Part shown: positions 63,954 through 64,000 of the stretch, in pieces
Layout of the letters: every line of letters starts with the position of its first letter
How positions within the stretch are numbered: position 1 is the first letter of the stretch
Assembly (NCBI GenBank): GCA_030390025.1
Contig: CM059432.1
Location: forward strand, 93,374,001-93,438,000
Source: Squalus acanthias
Taxonomy: Eukaryota
Reading direction: 5' to 3'
Length of the DNA: 64,000 bases
Program-made: the position numbers and the translations under genes
The notes under the pieces: generated by a model
What the model saw: the letters and a program-made list of their open reading frames with translations, nothing else
The model's database searches: none
Told to the model about the DNA's origin: nothing

Positions 63954-64000
63954 TTGGACTCTAGGGGAATCAAGGGATATGGGGATCGGGCAGAAAAGTG

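Overview
Repeat-dominated vertebrate genomic DNA, most likely from a cartilaginous fish (inferred from the mix of CR1, Penelope-like, RTE and Deu-domain SINE repeats). The only host gene I recognise is the 3' end of a PAG1/Cbp-family transmembrane adaptor on the minus strand (exons 58926-58876 and 56414-56043). Most of the rest is nested transposons. Highlights: (1) an apparently intact autonomous PIF/Harbinger DNA transposon at 19926-24102, with 16-bp perfect TIRs, a TAA TSD, an intact DDE transposase and a 3-exon Myb/SANT-like partner gene. (2) At least 10 non-autonomous Harbinger-type elements; one family carries covarying hairpins, promoter motifs and three repeated consensus splice donors. 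(3) Penelope-like elements with minimal hammerhead ribozymes. (4) A 1.6-kb solo LTR. (5) A tRNA-headed SINE built from both ends of a LINE that is also in the window. (6) A near-intact CR1 ORF2 given an in-frame ATG by a MITE. (7) A four-level nested TE stack at 27.4-40.9 kb. Boundaries with TSD/TIR evidence were counted by eye; other boundaries are approximate. Family names come from motif recognition, not database searches.
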